A DNA stretch of 64,000 nucleotides from Polymyxa betae A26-41 (lineage: Eukaryota; Protista; Endomyxa: Phytomyxea), in contig RBZT01000127.1 in the NCBI GenBank assembly GCA_003693705.1, positions 29,103 to 93,102 on the forward strand. The letters are read 5' to 3'. Numbering within the stretch: position 1 is the stretch's first letter; each line of letters starts with the position of its first letter. The translations under genes and the position numbers were made by a program. Shown here piece after piece: positions 48,972 through 63,686 of this stretch. The notes under the pieces are model-generated. The model did not search any database and was not told where the DNA came from. It saw only the letters and a list, made by a program, of their open reading frames with translations.

Positions 48972-50468
48972 TCAAACCACATCAGTTCCGTCGAGCGAGA
49001 TGTCCGGTTTATCACCAACATCGTTATTTTTCTGTGACGAATTCTGTGCAGTCATGTCATCTTCAAACACCAAATATATCTGTTTGGCGAACGAATTTCT
49101 AAGGGCCTGGAGCCGGCAATGCACCTTTGAGAGGAACTGCTCTCGTTCATGGTCTTTGAGATCCTGCAGGGTGCGGCTCTCTAAATGATTGAAGTCAGAG
49201 TGCTGCCTCATCGTATCGTTAACGCAGCCTACCCTTCTTGGCTTCATTACGAGCATGTTCAATTTCACTCCAGATAAAGGTGATCGACTCGTCCTGTAGG
49301 TTCAGAAACTGGTCCAGCGTCTGACGCGCCTGTTGGCATTGCGATCGGACCAGCTCGCAATCGGCTTCCACTGCTCGCCTCGCCAGCTCAGCGTTATCGA
49401 GCTGCGCCTCGAGTTGACGAATGACCTGATTCTCAACGAACATGTTCTTGGCGCTGGCTCGAGCACTGGCTCGTTGACCGACTTCCAACTCACTGATTCG
49501 TTGGTCGTTGGCTTTAGACTTAGCATGTAATTTTTTGATTAATTTTTGGAAGAAGCTGGTTCGTTTTGCGAGCATGGCCTCGGTTTCTTTATGCAGTTCA
49601 AGCTCACGCTTCAATGCTAGTTTCTCTTTTTGGAGTTTCGCATTTTTCACAAGCAATCTTTCTGTTTCTTTGCTCTGATACTGTAACTCGATGGTCATCT
49701 GTTCATTCTCCATAATTGCTCGTTTCGTGGTGGTATGAAGTTGATCTATGCTACGATTATGGCTTCACCGATAATACTGTGGAAATACATTACCCTCGGT
49801 CATGGCTAGGAGACTCAATTTCGTTTCCTTAATTTTTTTGAGCATTTCTCTCTTTAAGCGTTCTTTTTCGGCAACGTTCAGCCGTTCCAGGTCGTTGACT
49901 TTTCTGACCATCTCTTTACTTTCGCTTTCGATGGTTGCCTTCAGCTGTTCCAACTCCATTTCAAGTTCTTTTTTCTGATCACTATTGCCTGCCTCAATGC
50001 AAACGCATCCAAAAATCTCCCAATGATACCTGAATTCTTTTAAGCTTTTACTTTCGCGAGTGAGCTTTTCTAAATGCTCTTGGAGTTCCTTCTTTACTGC
50101 TGCGTTCTGAGATTCCATCCGTTTCAGCTCGTCCTCCTTTTTCTCTTTCAGCTCCCGAATTTGCGCGTCCAATTTTTGATTAGTTTGCATCAAATTTACG
50201 ATCACTTTGTCTTTCTGCTCATTTTCTTTTCTGTAGAACCATATTAAATCTCCCTACGACAAGCTGAGTTTCTTGTTTTTCTGAGTGCGCCTTACTTACT
50301 TGTTTCGACTGAGATTGTTCAACCTCACTGCTAATTTCGTCAATCCTCGTTTTTAAGACTGTGTTCTCAGCATTAGCAGCGGCTATTTTATCTGTTAGTA
50401 ATTTTTCTTTGAAAACTGAGTCCATCAACTGGGCCTCCACAGATCTTCCAGTTCCTGGCTCCGACATG
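48972..50468 (-). CDS. CFAP157: Cilia- and flagella-associated protein 157-like coiled-coil protein
   Basis: EKERLKREMLKKIKETK, QLHTTTKRAIMENEQMTIELQYQS, LAKRTSFFQKLIKKL. Confidence 0.75.
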
Positions 50469-50905
50469 ACTACAAATGCAGTGTTAATGTTGCAAGAGAT
50501 AAGCAATTCGATCTATAGGTACATTGGGTCACCACGACCTTTAATACCCATATTCACGGTTTCGCGTTGTTTGTTGTAAACCTTATGAATTGAATTAAAA
50601 TAAGCAGCTACTATGCTCGCATAATACAGAACGGTGATGGCCAATGGAAAGACTACTGTTATCAGATAATCTTCAGAAACAAATGTTGGTCTGAATTTGC
50701 AAATGCATTTCCGTTAGCTCCTGACCCTGGTGATCTGCTAACGTAGTTTTCTGTGATTGTTCGAGTTTGTGGTAAAAAGCCATCTCAGAAAAATTTTGAA
50801 AGTGTTTTCTCGCAATTTTTCAAGCATTTCTTGACCAGGAAAGATAAACAGCAGACACGATCGCATCTTCTTTATATCGGCAAAGCCAGCTGTTTCAACA
50901 ATTTT

Positions 50906-53900
50906 ATGCCGCCGCGTCATCGACACATTCCTAAAAGAAACCAGCCTGCATCCGAGCGGCCCCAGGGTGTCGCTGGCTGTGATTCCAGCGTGGTGCAGCA
51001 AGCGCATCCGACCTCATCGGTTCATTGCCTACTCTGTGTCTTCCCACTAGAGGATATCACATCGGTGCCTTGTGCTCATGATGGGCTAATATGTGCTACT
51101 TGCACTGTGAAAATAACTCGTCATCTTGCAGCGCCTCGTTGCTGTCCTTTCTGTACGGTTTTGCAAAGTTCATGCAATAATTGTTGATTTCGATGCAGGT
51201 AAAACTGAATGGCCTGACGTCATATTTGACTCCGCTAACTCGATCAAACCCTATGTCGAGTACCGGAATATGAATGGTTTGTCTTGTATCGAAAGCCTAG
51301 CTGCTCGGTCGCCTGCAAAGGAGCTGGTACAACAACAATTTTCCTGTGATGGTATTTGAATGGCAATATGGTTTCAGGCTGATAAATATAACAAGCTAAT
51401 GACATGCCATTGTGTGAAATGTGATGAGATCGGTGTCAGCATCGATTTCTTGACGCTGGAAAAGCTGCAAGCCCATCTGAGGCGGAAACATCAGCTGCAA
51501 TTCTGCATGGTCATTTGTCTTTATCGACGTAATTAGTTCGATCTTAGTTTCTCCTAGCCGTGCGCCCAACATAGGAAGGCCTTCGTTGGTGACCTCCAAC
51601 TGTTCACTGAAGCGGGTATCCAAATGTTTTTACTGAATCTTATGTTTATTGAATTCCTTAGAGCTACAGAAACACATGAAAGAAGGTGTTCCGAAAAGCG
51701 AATCGCAGCCGGGGCTGGTCGGTCCCAGATTGATTCGAAATACAACATTGACGCTGTTTCAGGAGCCGCATCCCACATGTCAGTTCTGTCGGGTCGCTTA
51801 TTTCGGCAAAGACGAGCTGTATACTCATATGGAACGGGAACATTACCATTGCCACATCTGCTTTAGGCAGCTGAACGAGAATAAGCGTTACGAAAGAAGC
51901 TATAAAGAGTTGAATTGTTGCTTTTCGATGGTGCTTTTTTTGATAATATTTGTACAGTTTGGAGATCCATTTTCGTAAGCATCACTATCTGTGTGATGAT
52001 CCGACCTGTTTGACTGCTCGATTCGTCGTGTTCGAGAATGAAATCGGATTGCGAGGCCATCGTCTCCAAGTTCATGGCGGTAATCTGACACAAAAGGAAC
52101 GAAGGGCTATGGGAAGCGTTCAAGGTATCGCTGGTTGAATCCATTCGAGAAACTTTCATTCTTTGAGATTTTGCTTTAAAGTCAATCCGATCATGTGTTC
52201 TTATATTCATGGTGTTTCTTCAAGACATATTTTGAATTGTCGTCTTTATTATTTGTCGTAGTCGAACTGATGTATCGAACACCTGGATTGCCTCCGTCTG
52301 ATTCACATATTGCTCGGCCCCTTCCCGCTAATTTACCTTTGAACGATCCTGAAGAATTTCCTTCCGCATCAACCTCTTCATCGGCCATGACTGGAATGGG
52401 ATGGGTTGGGCCTCGCTCTTCATCTCACGTGCCATTATCCAGCGATAATTTCCCATCTTTGCAACACTCAGTGTCTAATGGCCTTCAGAATAACCGACTT
52501 CCTCTTCACCCTGCAAAGCCCGTTATAGAACGCTGCACCGACTCGAACCTCATGCAAGAGCGTAATTCATTACTCGTAGCTAGCATGAAATCACTGGCTG
52601 TGGAACCCGGCGCCTATAAACGTTTCAAAATCGTCTCTCAAGAGTATTTGAATGGGCAAGGGACTAAGGCCAGCGATTTTCTCGCCTGTTTTGTACAAGT
52701 GTTTGGTGGTCTGGATGGTACCACACAGGACATTATCGAAAGCCTCATTTCGCTCTTGCCCGACGAACAGAAACGTCAAGCTCTCCATCTGGTCTACAGG
52801 CACGAGGTCGATCGGCTAAGAGTTAACCCAGCAAGGTCTTTTCATTTTTCTCTTCGTAGTTGACGTTTATGGCAAGGGTTCATTGTTGATGTCTTAGCGG
52901 CATGCAATCGAAAGATTCTTTTACTGATGTTCTGATAGTTCAGTCCCTCAACCGCCGGTAAGGGCGTCGCAGCCGTCTCGAGCCCCGTCTCCGCCGCAAT
53001 GGGTTCGCAGTGGATCACGGCCGAGCCCGGCTCGCTCGATTCAACCTCATGTCGTGATCGCCTCAGCCAATCGTCCTGTGCCGTCTTCAAATTCGAATCC
53101 ACCGCGACCTGCATCGGCAACAGCTATTCGGCCACAGCAATCGTATTCGCGACCTGCATCGGCAGCTGCTATTCGGCCACAGCAAGCGAATTCGGTTCCA
53201 CCTCAATCGGTGTCGCTGTCGGCGCCTGTTTATCCGACCAATCCGATTGTATTCGGCTCTCGTCCGCCGCCCGTCTCGAGCGAAGAGCTGTTCCCGTCAT
53301 TGGATTCGCTGGCGTCTGCTTTTCCGGCGACTCCTATATCCTCAGATTTTTGCTGGAAATCGCTCGATGACGCCATCACGCCGATGGATCCCAGAGAGAT
53401 ACAGCTGCCTGTGATTGTATCCCGCCGCCTCGATTTATGTCTAGCTTTCGGCAGACACTGCTTATCAATCTTAAAGAGAAAGTATGTTTGCAAATTTCTC
53501 GGAGAGCCTCATTTACTAACATGCTGTTGGCTTGATTCAGGTTTGAATATGAGCAAGGTATTCCGGTTTCTTCGCAGTCGATAAGAAGAGTACAGAATCA
53601 GGCTAGACGGGTCACAATTTCTGATCTGGACGTTGGGTTTCCTTTGAACAACCTTGGCGTTCACGTCGGCAGCGCTACTCGTCTACAGACCTTGTTTCGG
53701 AATGTTCCTGATTTAGATTATTCTTCGATTCAGGATCGGGTCGATAGTATTTTGAATGAGATGGCGCCGAACGATCAGTTTGTTCTCGTTGAATATGTTA
53801 TATCGCTCTACAAAAGTGTCCAATCTCAGCGACCAATATCCCAACCGAAGCCAGAGCTGCAAAGGCAAGAGCAGGATGCTTGTAGTAATGGTAATGTGTC

Positions 53901-53952
53901 AAAAAGAAATCGTCAAAGATCGAAGAAACGTACGCTAATTCAGTTTGGATAA
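50906..53952 (+). CDS. ZNF598: Ribosome quality-control E3 ligase ZNF598/Hel2
   Basis: N-terminal RING, HPTCQFC..DELYTHM..HYHCHIC, HFRKHHYLCDDPTC..FVVF, repeated FPS(L) motifs. Confidence 0.9.
53103..53185 (+). repeat. 45-bp-period coding tandem repeat in ZNF598
   Basis: CGCGACCTGCATCGGCA...GCCACAGCAA x2 (RPASAxAIRPQQ). Confidence 0.85.
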
Positions 53953-55102
53953 ATGCAATGTTTAATTTTCATCTCATTGGATTTGGAGTCATAGCTCCGT
54001 CTTGAACCTTCGTCTCAATCCTATAACTTAGATTGACATCGATATATCCTTTGTTCGCCATTCCGGGCCCGCGCTTATCAGGTCGAAATGTTCTAGCAGA
54101 TACGAGAGGTTCGTCTCGGGAAATAACGTTTGAAGTATACTTCCGATTTGTGAAAGCGAGCGGTTTGGGGAACAGCGTTGGGGATCAGCAATCGTAGTTG
54201 TAGCCGCTAACGTATCTGACCACGAGAAATTTAAGTGGCAATAAATCTGGACAATGTTGATCCGCGTTTAGGCTTCGTTGTTTGTATATGTGATTACAGG
54301 ATTATCCATCGGCCCAGCCGTTCTGCTGCTTCCTTAAAAACGTTACGTTTCATCTATCACCGCTATACAAAAACTGAAGTCGACGAAAACAGCGAAAACA
54401 TGTTCTATTCAGTTTTCAAGAACAGTTGCTGTGTGGCGATTCCTTGTTCTCAAAAATCCCCGATCTCAGCTGCTGTGACCTGTTTGGATTCCATTCCGGA
54501 ACAGCTGTATGTTGCAAATAACATTCCTTTATTGCCGCCAGTAATCATTCCGATGCTCTGTAGTACCGGAATAATTCGAGTCCGCCTTCGCCTTTCAAAA
54601 CGCCCAGGCTGCTGCGTTCCCTGATGCTTACGACCTTGCTGTGTTTGCCTCTTATACTGCCATCGTCTCTAAACTTGGTTTTATGCTAACTACACACTCG
54701 CACCATTTCGCAAGGAAGATTCACTAAGATGCTTTCATTTTTCTGTTGTCGTGATTGGCAATAGGGGAATCTCACCTATGGCGAGCTTTTTTCTTCTCCT
54801 TTAATCACACAATATTATCTTGTGAATATACTTAAGCAAATCTAGCAAAGCTAGTTGAGATGTGGAAGTTGACGTCAGAAAATCTACATGACCCGATATC
54901 ATTATTCGTCTGATAAAGCTACTCATAGATTGTCTGCTTTACAGATCAACCTTTCGAGCAACTTTGTAGGATGCATTACCTTTAACAACCGCCAATCTAC
55001 CTAATCTGTAATGTTACAGTACAATCGGCGCAACCTGCAAGGTATATTCAGGGTTCCGTGGTTACTCACTGCCTTGGCGCCCATTTTCATCATTTTGACA
55101 TA

Positions 55103-58100
55103 ATGCATCTTGATGCCGAGCCTGAAGTCGAACCGATACAGACAGATGGAGATGAGCGATCCGACAATAATCAATCAGCTGCCGTCCTAGATCAGGCAGA
55201 TGACGAGCCAATGCTTGACAATTCATGCGCCAAGGATGGCCCTTCTCCCTTAGAGGGTTCTGAACCAGATAAATCATCTAGAATAGATGAAAAGGATTCG
55301 ATGGAAGAAGGACGCACGCCTACCCGAATGATTATAGAAAGTTTAGAGCTGATAAACTTCAAGTCCTACGCTGGAAGAAAGGTCATAGGCCCTTTTCATA
55401 AGGTTGGTGCCATCTTGATCTTGCTGAATTATAGCACTTCTGAACTGTAAATAGAGATTCTCTTCTGTCGTTGGCCCCAACGGAAGTAAGTGTGTTCCTT
55501 TGAACCCGACATTGTCATTTACTCTTGATAAAGGCGGTAAAAGCAATGTAATTGACGCATTGCTATTTGTCTTTGGCAAAAGAGCGTCACAAGTTCGATT
55601 GAAGAAGATATCTGAGTTGATCCATAATTCTGAACATCACCAAAACTTGCAGGAAGCGACAGTAACTGTGCATTTTGTGGAGATCCTGGATACGCTAGAC
55701 GATAGTGATTACCAAGTAATCCCAGGTATTTTCCCTAAAGAGATTGCAAGCTGCCGTTTATTCGTCAACTGACCATAGGTTCCGAGCTTGTTGTCAGCCG
55801 GACGGCGTACAAGAACAACAGCTCAAAATATTCAATTAACGGCAAATTGAGTAATTTTACTGAGGTCACACAACTGCTAATGTCGAAGAGTATCGATCTT
55901 GAGCATAATCGTTTCCTGATTTTGCAAGGGGAGGTAATGAAATATACTCGATCGGTCTTGGATTTTTTGATTATTATTCAAGGTCGAACAAATCGCAATG
56001 ATGAAACCGAAGGGATCAAACCCAAATGAAACTGGTGTGCTAGAGTACTTAGAAGACATTATTGGCTCCAACAAATGTATTGCTCAAATCGAAGCTGTGC
56101 AAGCTAAAGTAAATCTTATAACGCTGATTACACGGGAAACATCAAAATCCATTAGGTGGAAGACTTACAACAGGAGACCCAAAGTAAATTAACACGGGTG
56201 AAAGTTAGTGAACGGGAACGTGATTGTTTAGAGGTCTGGTTTGTTTTCCGCTTGTTCGAATTTTATTCTTAACACGTTATAGGGAGCCAAAAATGAAGCT
56301 GAAGCGTATATTCGAGAAGAAGATCGCTTACTTCGATCAAAGGCCAAACTTTATCAGTTTTTCTCTCATCAATCCGACAGAAATGTTGAGTCTTTAAAAA
56401 CGACGATGGTGCTGTGATTGTGGATTTCTGTTTTGTTGTCGTACTGACAACACGTTAGAATGAAATGAATGAAAAACTGGCTGATGAGAAAGAAAAGTAT
56501 AAGAAGACCGAGCAGGTAACCAACAAATTCGGAAATACATCGTTCTGAATCTAAATCGTTGGCAGGAGTTAGCCGATTTCAAAGCTAGGTATGACGAGAC
56601 TAAACATGAATGGTCTGGATATGAAGCTGAATACAAACGCTTCCAAGAAGAATACAATAAGCTCGATTGCCGAGACGTCCAACTTCGGACAGCGTTGGCC
56701 CATACCGAAGCTAACTTGAAAAAGATCCAAGCCAAAATCAAGAAAGCGAAGAAAAAGATTGAGGATTCTGAGAAGGTAAGATTCAGTTGTTAGACCCAGC
56801 AGTACCGGTTAATAACGTGTAGGCTGCTGAAGAGAATCAAGTTGCAATCCCCGGTTTATCTTCTGAGATAGAAACGGAATCAAAGCGTTTGGAAGCTGAA
56901 GAAAAGAGGCGGAAATCAATATTTGAGCGGGTTTCCACCAAAACCCAAAAGTTGCGAAAAGAAATGGAAGCGAAACAAAAGATCTTACAGCCTCTGCAGC
57001 ATTCTGTAAATCGCATCTCAGAGCTTGGCTATCTTGATTTAGTGTTTGTTCTTTTCAGGTTGTTCAATGTGAACAGGAACTGGCTACTATTGTTTCTCAG
57101 ATTGAGATGCATTTCCAAGCAGCTGAAGATGCTCAACAATTTTTAGAAGAAAAAGTTGTCAATGCCAACAGAAACAATACGAAAATAGAATTTGAAGAGG
57201 CACAGATAAAGGTCAATGGGTTGTAAGCACATCTACAACGATATTTACCCGTTTCCTCAGACCTTAAAAAACCAAATCGCAGCTAACAAGGAAAAAGAAC
57301 ATGCTGTGAGTGCGCAACTGAAAAGCGTTTGCAGCAAACTGGCCCAGTGTCAAACTGAACTCAACCAGTTTACTGCTGAATATGATCAGGTGAGCTCTCA
57401 TTAAGAGACTCTCTGGTCTTATTAATGCTCGATTGTAGGGCAAAATGCAAATGAATCAAAATCAGAACCGCGGCAGCGTTCTTTCTGCTTTGTCGGCCGC
57501 AAAAGCTTCGGGACAAATCACAGGCATTCATGTAGGATTGTTTGGATCTGATCTAAAGTTATTGAGATCTATGCTAGGGTAGATTGGGGGATTTAGGTTC
57601 GATTTCTCCAAAATTCGATGTTTCTATTTCGACTGCTTGCCCATCGCTAAATCATATTGTCGTCGATACAATAGAAACTGCTCAGAAGTGCGCCAATTAT
57701 CTTAGGCAGAAGCAAGCTGGTAGCACGACATTTATCATAATTGATAAGATTCGGTATCTGGAATCGCAAATGAATCGACCGTTCACTGCGCCTAATAATT
57801 CTACACGGTCAGGGTTTTACACGCTTACAGTGATCAATGTCTTAGTTTCGCAGACTGTTCGACTTAATCGAAGTTCCGAATTCGATTTTCCGAATCGCGT
57901 TCTATTTTGCTCTTAGAGACACACTGGTTACTCAGTCGCTTGAAGACGCCACAAAGTGAGTTCACGACTAGACATTCTAATTACTGTTCTCAGTTGCCTG
58001 CAGAATTGGGTTAGAAAGCGGGAAACGACAACGTGTTGTCACTTTAACCGGTGATGTTATTGATCCATCCGGGACAATGTCAGGAGGTGGGCGCAGTGTA

Positions 58101-60230
58101 GCTCGTGGAGGTATGGCGTATTCTGTTCCGCAGGGGGCTGGGATCAGCGCTGCTAGATTGAAGGTTGCATAGGTCTGTAAGTTGAGCTTTGGTGAACATA
58201 TTTTTTAGGAACTGGATGACTTGCTATCTAAGCTTAACGCCGAAATTGGTTCTTTGATGCAATCTAGGAGAACGCTGGAGTTGGAATTGGATACCCTATC
58301 AAGCGAAATTCATAATTCCAAGATTGCATTACAGCGATCTGAAAATGCCTTTCAAACTTTGATGCAGGTTGCAGTTGCGAATTTGTTGAGAAAAAATAAC
58401 TTAACTGTTTAGATGAAAGAAGAAGCGGCTGATGTGATTAAGTCGGCTGAAGCATGCTTGGCGTCGAAAAAGAAAGAGGCAGAAGAAATACAGACAATCC
58501 TCAGCAGTAAGAAGAAAGTCGCGAATGCTCAGATGGCTGAAGCTCGATCAAATGCGGAATCCGTTGAGCTGGAGGTTCGAGATCTGGAACAAAGGATATT
58601 CGAAACCGGCGGCCAAGAACTTCAAGACCAAGTAATAACAGGAAATTTTGTAGTCACTTAATTGAAATTGTAGTAGATCAAGCTGGTCCAATCCATCAAA
58701 GATCACATTGAGAATTTAAAAGACAGGATCACACGTCATCAAGTCGATAAGGATGCATCCTTAAAAGCTGCTGAGGATGCTCGTAAGCTTATCGATAAAT
58801 GCAGAACCGAATTTCTCGAGGTATGTGTCTTTACAATGAATTCAATTTGCTTACAATTGTAAGGGTGAAGAAGAGATGAAAAGGATTGATGCGGATATTG
58901 AAGAACTTGAGAATCTTGCCGCTAAAGTTGTATCAAGTAGAGACGAAGCTGCAGATGTGGCGGAAGCAAGAAAAGCTGAAGTAAATAAGCTGCAAGACGA
59001 ATGCCAACGCATGTCTCGAGAGTACGACATGGTTCGCAAAGTTGAGCACGATATCAGAATGCAGCTGGAAGATTGTCAGAGGAAAATGGATGAAAACAGT
59101 AAAAAGGTGAGAATCTAACCTTCGACCTGGTCATGCTTACTGACAAATTTGCAGGCTAAAGCGTGGTCACATAAGCTTTCTGAAATCACAGAGCAAATCA
59201 ACGCTAACCTCGAAAGTAGCCCCAGCACTTCCGAGTCCCAGCCTTTTGAATTCCACCTTTTGACAGAGTCTGAGCTGTCAGATTTTGACAGTGAAAGTGT
59301 CAAGTATGGACAAAAAAATATCAAACCCCTACATTCTGAATCCTTCTTTTAGATTGGAAATCGAGACGTTACAACATAGTTTGGATAGCATGAAACCCAA
59401 CTTACAGGCTATCGAAGACTATTCTTCAGCAGACAGAAGCTACAAGGTCTGATTTTGCTATATTTGGTGATATTGTTGACTGAGTATTGATCCTCAGGGC
59501 CATCTTGCCGAATATGAATCGTGCGCCTCGTCTCTGTCTGAAGCACGTGCTGCTTTAGAGCAGCTGCGAACTGATCGACACAATCAGTTCATGTCGGGAT
59601 TCAAGGTTATCACCATGAAACTTAAAGAAATGTACCAAATGTTGACGTTAGGTGTGCATTTTATGTGGATGAAATTACTTTGTACTCATCTGTTGTTAAT
59701 AGGTGGAGATGCTGAGCTTGAGCTTGTGGACAGTCTTGATCCTTTCTCAGAAGGAATTGTATTCTCTGTTCGACCTCCTAAAAAAAGCTGGAAAAACATT
59801 TCAAATTTAAGCGGCGGGGAAAAGGTAATAGGTTCTTGATCTGGGTTGGATTGCTAAAATTCTTCCAGACTTTGAGTTCTTTAGCTCTAGTATTCGCTTT
59901 GCATCACTACAAACCGACTCCGTATGTTCTTGCGTTAATCTGGTTATTCACACTAACCTCTTTTGAACAGATTATACGTTATGGATGAGATTGATGCCGC
60001 TCTCGATTTCAAGAACGTTTCAATTGTCGCTAATTATGTTCGAGACCGTGCTAGGAATGGCCAGTTCATTATTATCTCTTTAAGAAATAATATGTTTGAG
60101 CTTGCAAACCGTTTAGTTGGAGTTTACAAAAATGACAATGCATCCAAAACAATAACTATTGTAAGCACCACTTTCCGCTGAGAATGAGATTAAAATTAAC
60201 GTCTTCTTTCAGGATCCTCATTTGTTGTGA
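55103..60230 (+). CDS. SMC4: Condensin subunit SMC4, highly intron-rich
   Basis: NFKSYAG, Walker A GPNG|SGKSNVID, hinge (LGDLG, GTMSGGG), signature LSGGEK, Walker B MDEIDAALD, SLRNNMFELA. Confidence 0.97.
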
Positions 60231-60245
60231 TACATAGTCCATTTG

Positions 60246-60637
60246 TTATTTTCTAGCATTACTTTCAGGAATGCGACTGCCTTGATCCCATAACGACTCA
60301 GTGATTGCTTCACTTGAAAGTATCAATCTGAGAATTTCTGGGGAGGGATTCAATCCGAGTGCTTGTGCTCTATTCCATCTCTCTAATCGTGTCATTCCTA
60401 AACACGGGCCCATTTTCATATCCATATCGAACTGCCGTAGGATTATTTCAGCATGATCCGCTTCCTCCCAACCGTGCACTGCGGTGGCTGCTGGGTTGAC
60501 TCCTTGAGAATGTTAAGCACCTATGAGTTGCAAACATTGATGATCCAACCAGATTGTGTTTTGTTAGTTGATTCCGGGACCTTACGCCCAGATGCTACAG
60601 ATCTTGGCTTTCTTTGACGATAGTCGTCAGACAGCAT
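60246..60637 (-). CDS. POLD4: DNA polymerase delta subunit 4
   Basis: LRQFDMDMKMGPCLGMTRLERWNRAQALGLNP. Confidence 0.92.
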
Positions 60638-60740
60638 TTAAGCGAAAGCAAATGAATATTTTGTAAGATTGATCGCAGAGGACTCCGAACCGCATTCAAG
60701 TCACAGATGTTTGAAATTGTCCAATTATCTGGATTTTTAT

Positions 60741-63142
60741 TTATTGCCTCCATTTCATCGCTAACATAACCCAGGTGACAGCAATTTGTTCAGCATAGGG
60801 GACAATATACGTGCGGATGGCGAAGGTCAATGAGGCTCCGGTTTTGTTTAAAATTTCAGACGGGATAGTCTCATTTATGAAGTGAGCCATTATTTTACGC
60901 TATATACTGCTAGTCAGTTAATGCAGATCGATACCTTAGCAATTTACCGAGTCTGCATGATCGAACTGAGCCGGGTATGCTTTGAAAATGTAATGAACAG
61001 GTATCAAATTTTTGATTGCTTGTTGAAAAACTGGCGAAGAGACAACAGCTTAATCTCATACGAACGTAAACATTGAAGTCACTTACGTGCATTTCCGGAA
61101 GTACTGCCTGTGATAAATTGATGTTCATAAGCAACCAAGGCAGGGATAAGGCCGTGTGATAGCGCGTCGTCCCAATTCGTATCTGAATTAAGATGATGCC
61201 TTCGATATTCCTCCATCTGTTGTTGAATCTCCATGTCAAGACGTTCGGAAGTTGTGATGGGATTGATCTTGCATGGCAATATTCTGACAGGATTGCATTT
61301 TGGAGTTAACCGGATCATTTCCGGCGCAATGGACTTCCAAAGAGCAGGATTGGATAAGTCCCAAGATGTTGATCGAATTCCATTGTCTCTCTGTCACAAT
61401 CTTAAACCCGAACTGCTTCACTGGAAAGTTCGGCGAACCTGTATGTTTGCATAATATTCCTGATGATTAAACACGCATCCGATCGTGTCGAAAGGCAAAC
61501 TTTGCTCCTCAAAATCATCCTAACATAGAACAGTATCAGCAGTTATGACTAATTGTTAAAAATTACAGGGTACCGATTCCCCTCCAGAGTAGGTTATTCC
61601 AGTTACGCTATCCCAAAACAATACCCTGGTCTTGGATTCTTTCGTCATAACCCAGGTGTAAGGCCCATCTTGATTCTGAACAGAACATTTTTAGATAAAC
61701 CAAAAGTAGTAGCTTTCAGTATGACCTGTCCACAACATATGTAAGCACTTAGACCGAATCCAAGGAACAAACTGCACAGCAGAGCAGAATGTTCTTCAAC
61801 TCCACCATGACCTATAATACGACAGTTTCGAGATTGTTTATGGGATGGAAAGAGCATTTGAACCTCGACTCAGAAATACGGGTAAGCTGGTCCACAATGT
61901 CGTGGTTTCTCCACCGACAGATATCTCGGCAACGTAAGGAATCATTCTGTTATTTTTTAAGCAAAGTCACGAAAGCAAGCACAGATGTCACCGCACGAAG
62001 CGAGCAGCATGCATTGGAGTCAATATCACCCGACTGTCGTAGATAGGCTGGACCATTGAACAAACAAAGCAGTTATCATTGTTCTCGTTGGGTGCAAACA
62101 GTTTGATTATTCGTTGCTATCAGGAGATAAAAAACAACACACTGTGCAGCTAACGCTATCTAACCACCTGATGATCATTCCGAATTAGAAGAAATTCGTT
62201 CCACCAATTCTTCACATATTTCTGAAACTTTCTGGCGACTTCCTTCTTTTCCATCCATGTATCAGATACATATTTGCTAATCACTGCCCGATCACAGAAG
62301 TTGTTCTTTGTGTTCTCGCAACGGGGAACGATTTGCAGCTGAATGTTCAATGTACCGACAGGCAGACGAAGCAAATCGATTCCACGCGCACAAAGCTCAA
62401 CTGATATTTCTTCTGATCCAGATTGTAAAACTCCACTGCAACCAATATGATCAAAGCTAGAACAGATCAAAAGGGTAATTACCGCCATTCAACTTCTTGG
62501 CTAGAAACAATTTCTCTGAATTTCGACTTCGGATCTTCCTTTAACAGAATAAGCAAAAGTTTTTCTGGCAAATGTAAAATTTTGTGATAAGATATCTGGT
62601 TTGAAAGATATGGTTGCTGTTCTAAACCGATCATAAACTCCTGATTGAATTCTGGGCAGGATTTGGCAGCAATCGGGTAAGAAGAGAATCGATGCGACCC
62701 AAATACTACGACCATAATAAAATTAGCTTTGTTCTAGTTACAAATCAGAGAGCATTAAATAAGTTTAAGCTTGCAACCTCATCTTGCTCTAGAACAGTTT
62801 CAGAGAAGTTGACACCAGATAGAAGCTTAATATGAAGAGATCTCCCCTTATATGGCATTTTATCACCAAAATGTGAGTTTTGGATGAGTAATTGCACAAG
62901 GTTTTGTGCCATATTCGTTTGCTGTAAAGCTTCTGAAAAACTGTCATCATCATCCTCAGTTTTCAGGTTCATCTCCATGAACGCATGGACCGCATCTTTA
63001 ACCTGACCGTAAACGTCTAAAGTACACGGTCAGGGCTTATCATATAAGGAACAGGCATGATACCGTTGGACTGAAGATGCTTATGCAAATGCGTCTTTAA
63101 CCGAATGAGCTGTGATTGAGATAAAGACTCGCAATCATTCAT
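60741..63142 (-). CDS. CEP76: Centrosomal protein of 76 kDa, multi-exon
   Basis: C2-like domain, WWNEFLLIR, EEHSALLCSLFLGFGLSAYICCG, LIPALVAYE, VPYAEQIAVTWVMLA. Confidence 0.85.
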
Positions 63143-63686
63143 GATGTAATCACTATGTAGTATCTACTGACAGTATATGAAACGTTATCAAGTGAGATCA
63201 GGTCCCTGTTGTACTCCGTATTATGTTACAACAACATAGTAGAATGATAGACAACACATTGACACAACTCATTATTCTATCAACAATCCAATCACAGTTT
63301 GAGTTATTTTCGAATCGGATATCCAAGCGATTCACTTGTGACCCGATTCCTCTTGTCAGGAAGTCGCCTGCCCTGTATCGCCGCTCCCTTCAAGTTCGAG
63401 TCCTATCATGGGAGCTGTGTAAGACGCCCAAAAAACGAGCTGCCTGACAAGCTTGTGAGATCTTCATTGTAAACTGTCTGGTAGCTTATGGGAAACGCAG
63501 CAAAAGAGTAATTGGTTTGCTAAACAATGCAAGAACAGGAGATGGTTGTTCTCCGTCATGTTATCAGATGTACAGTGCGGGCAGTCTTTAACCGACAACT
63601 TGTCTCAATTTTATTTTGGAAAAAGAGGCCGCGCCAGAGGCCGCGCTACATCAATCACTCCGAATTATAGTTCATCCAGTATTTTT

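Noticed and set aside
54030-54710. Possible gene between ZNF598 and SMC4
   Set aside because: Could not build a consistent spliced model or recognise a domain on either strand
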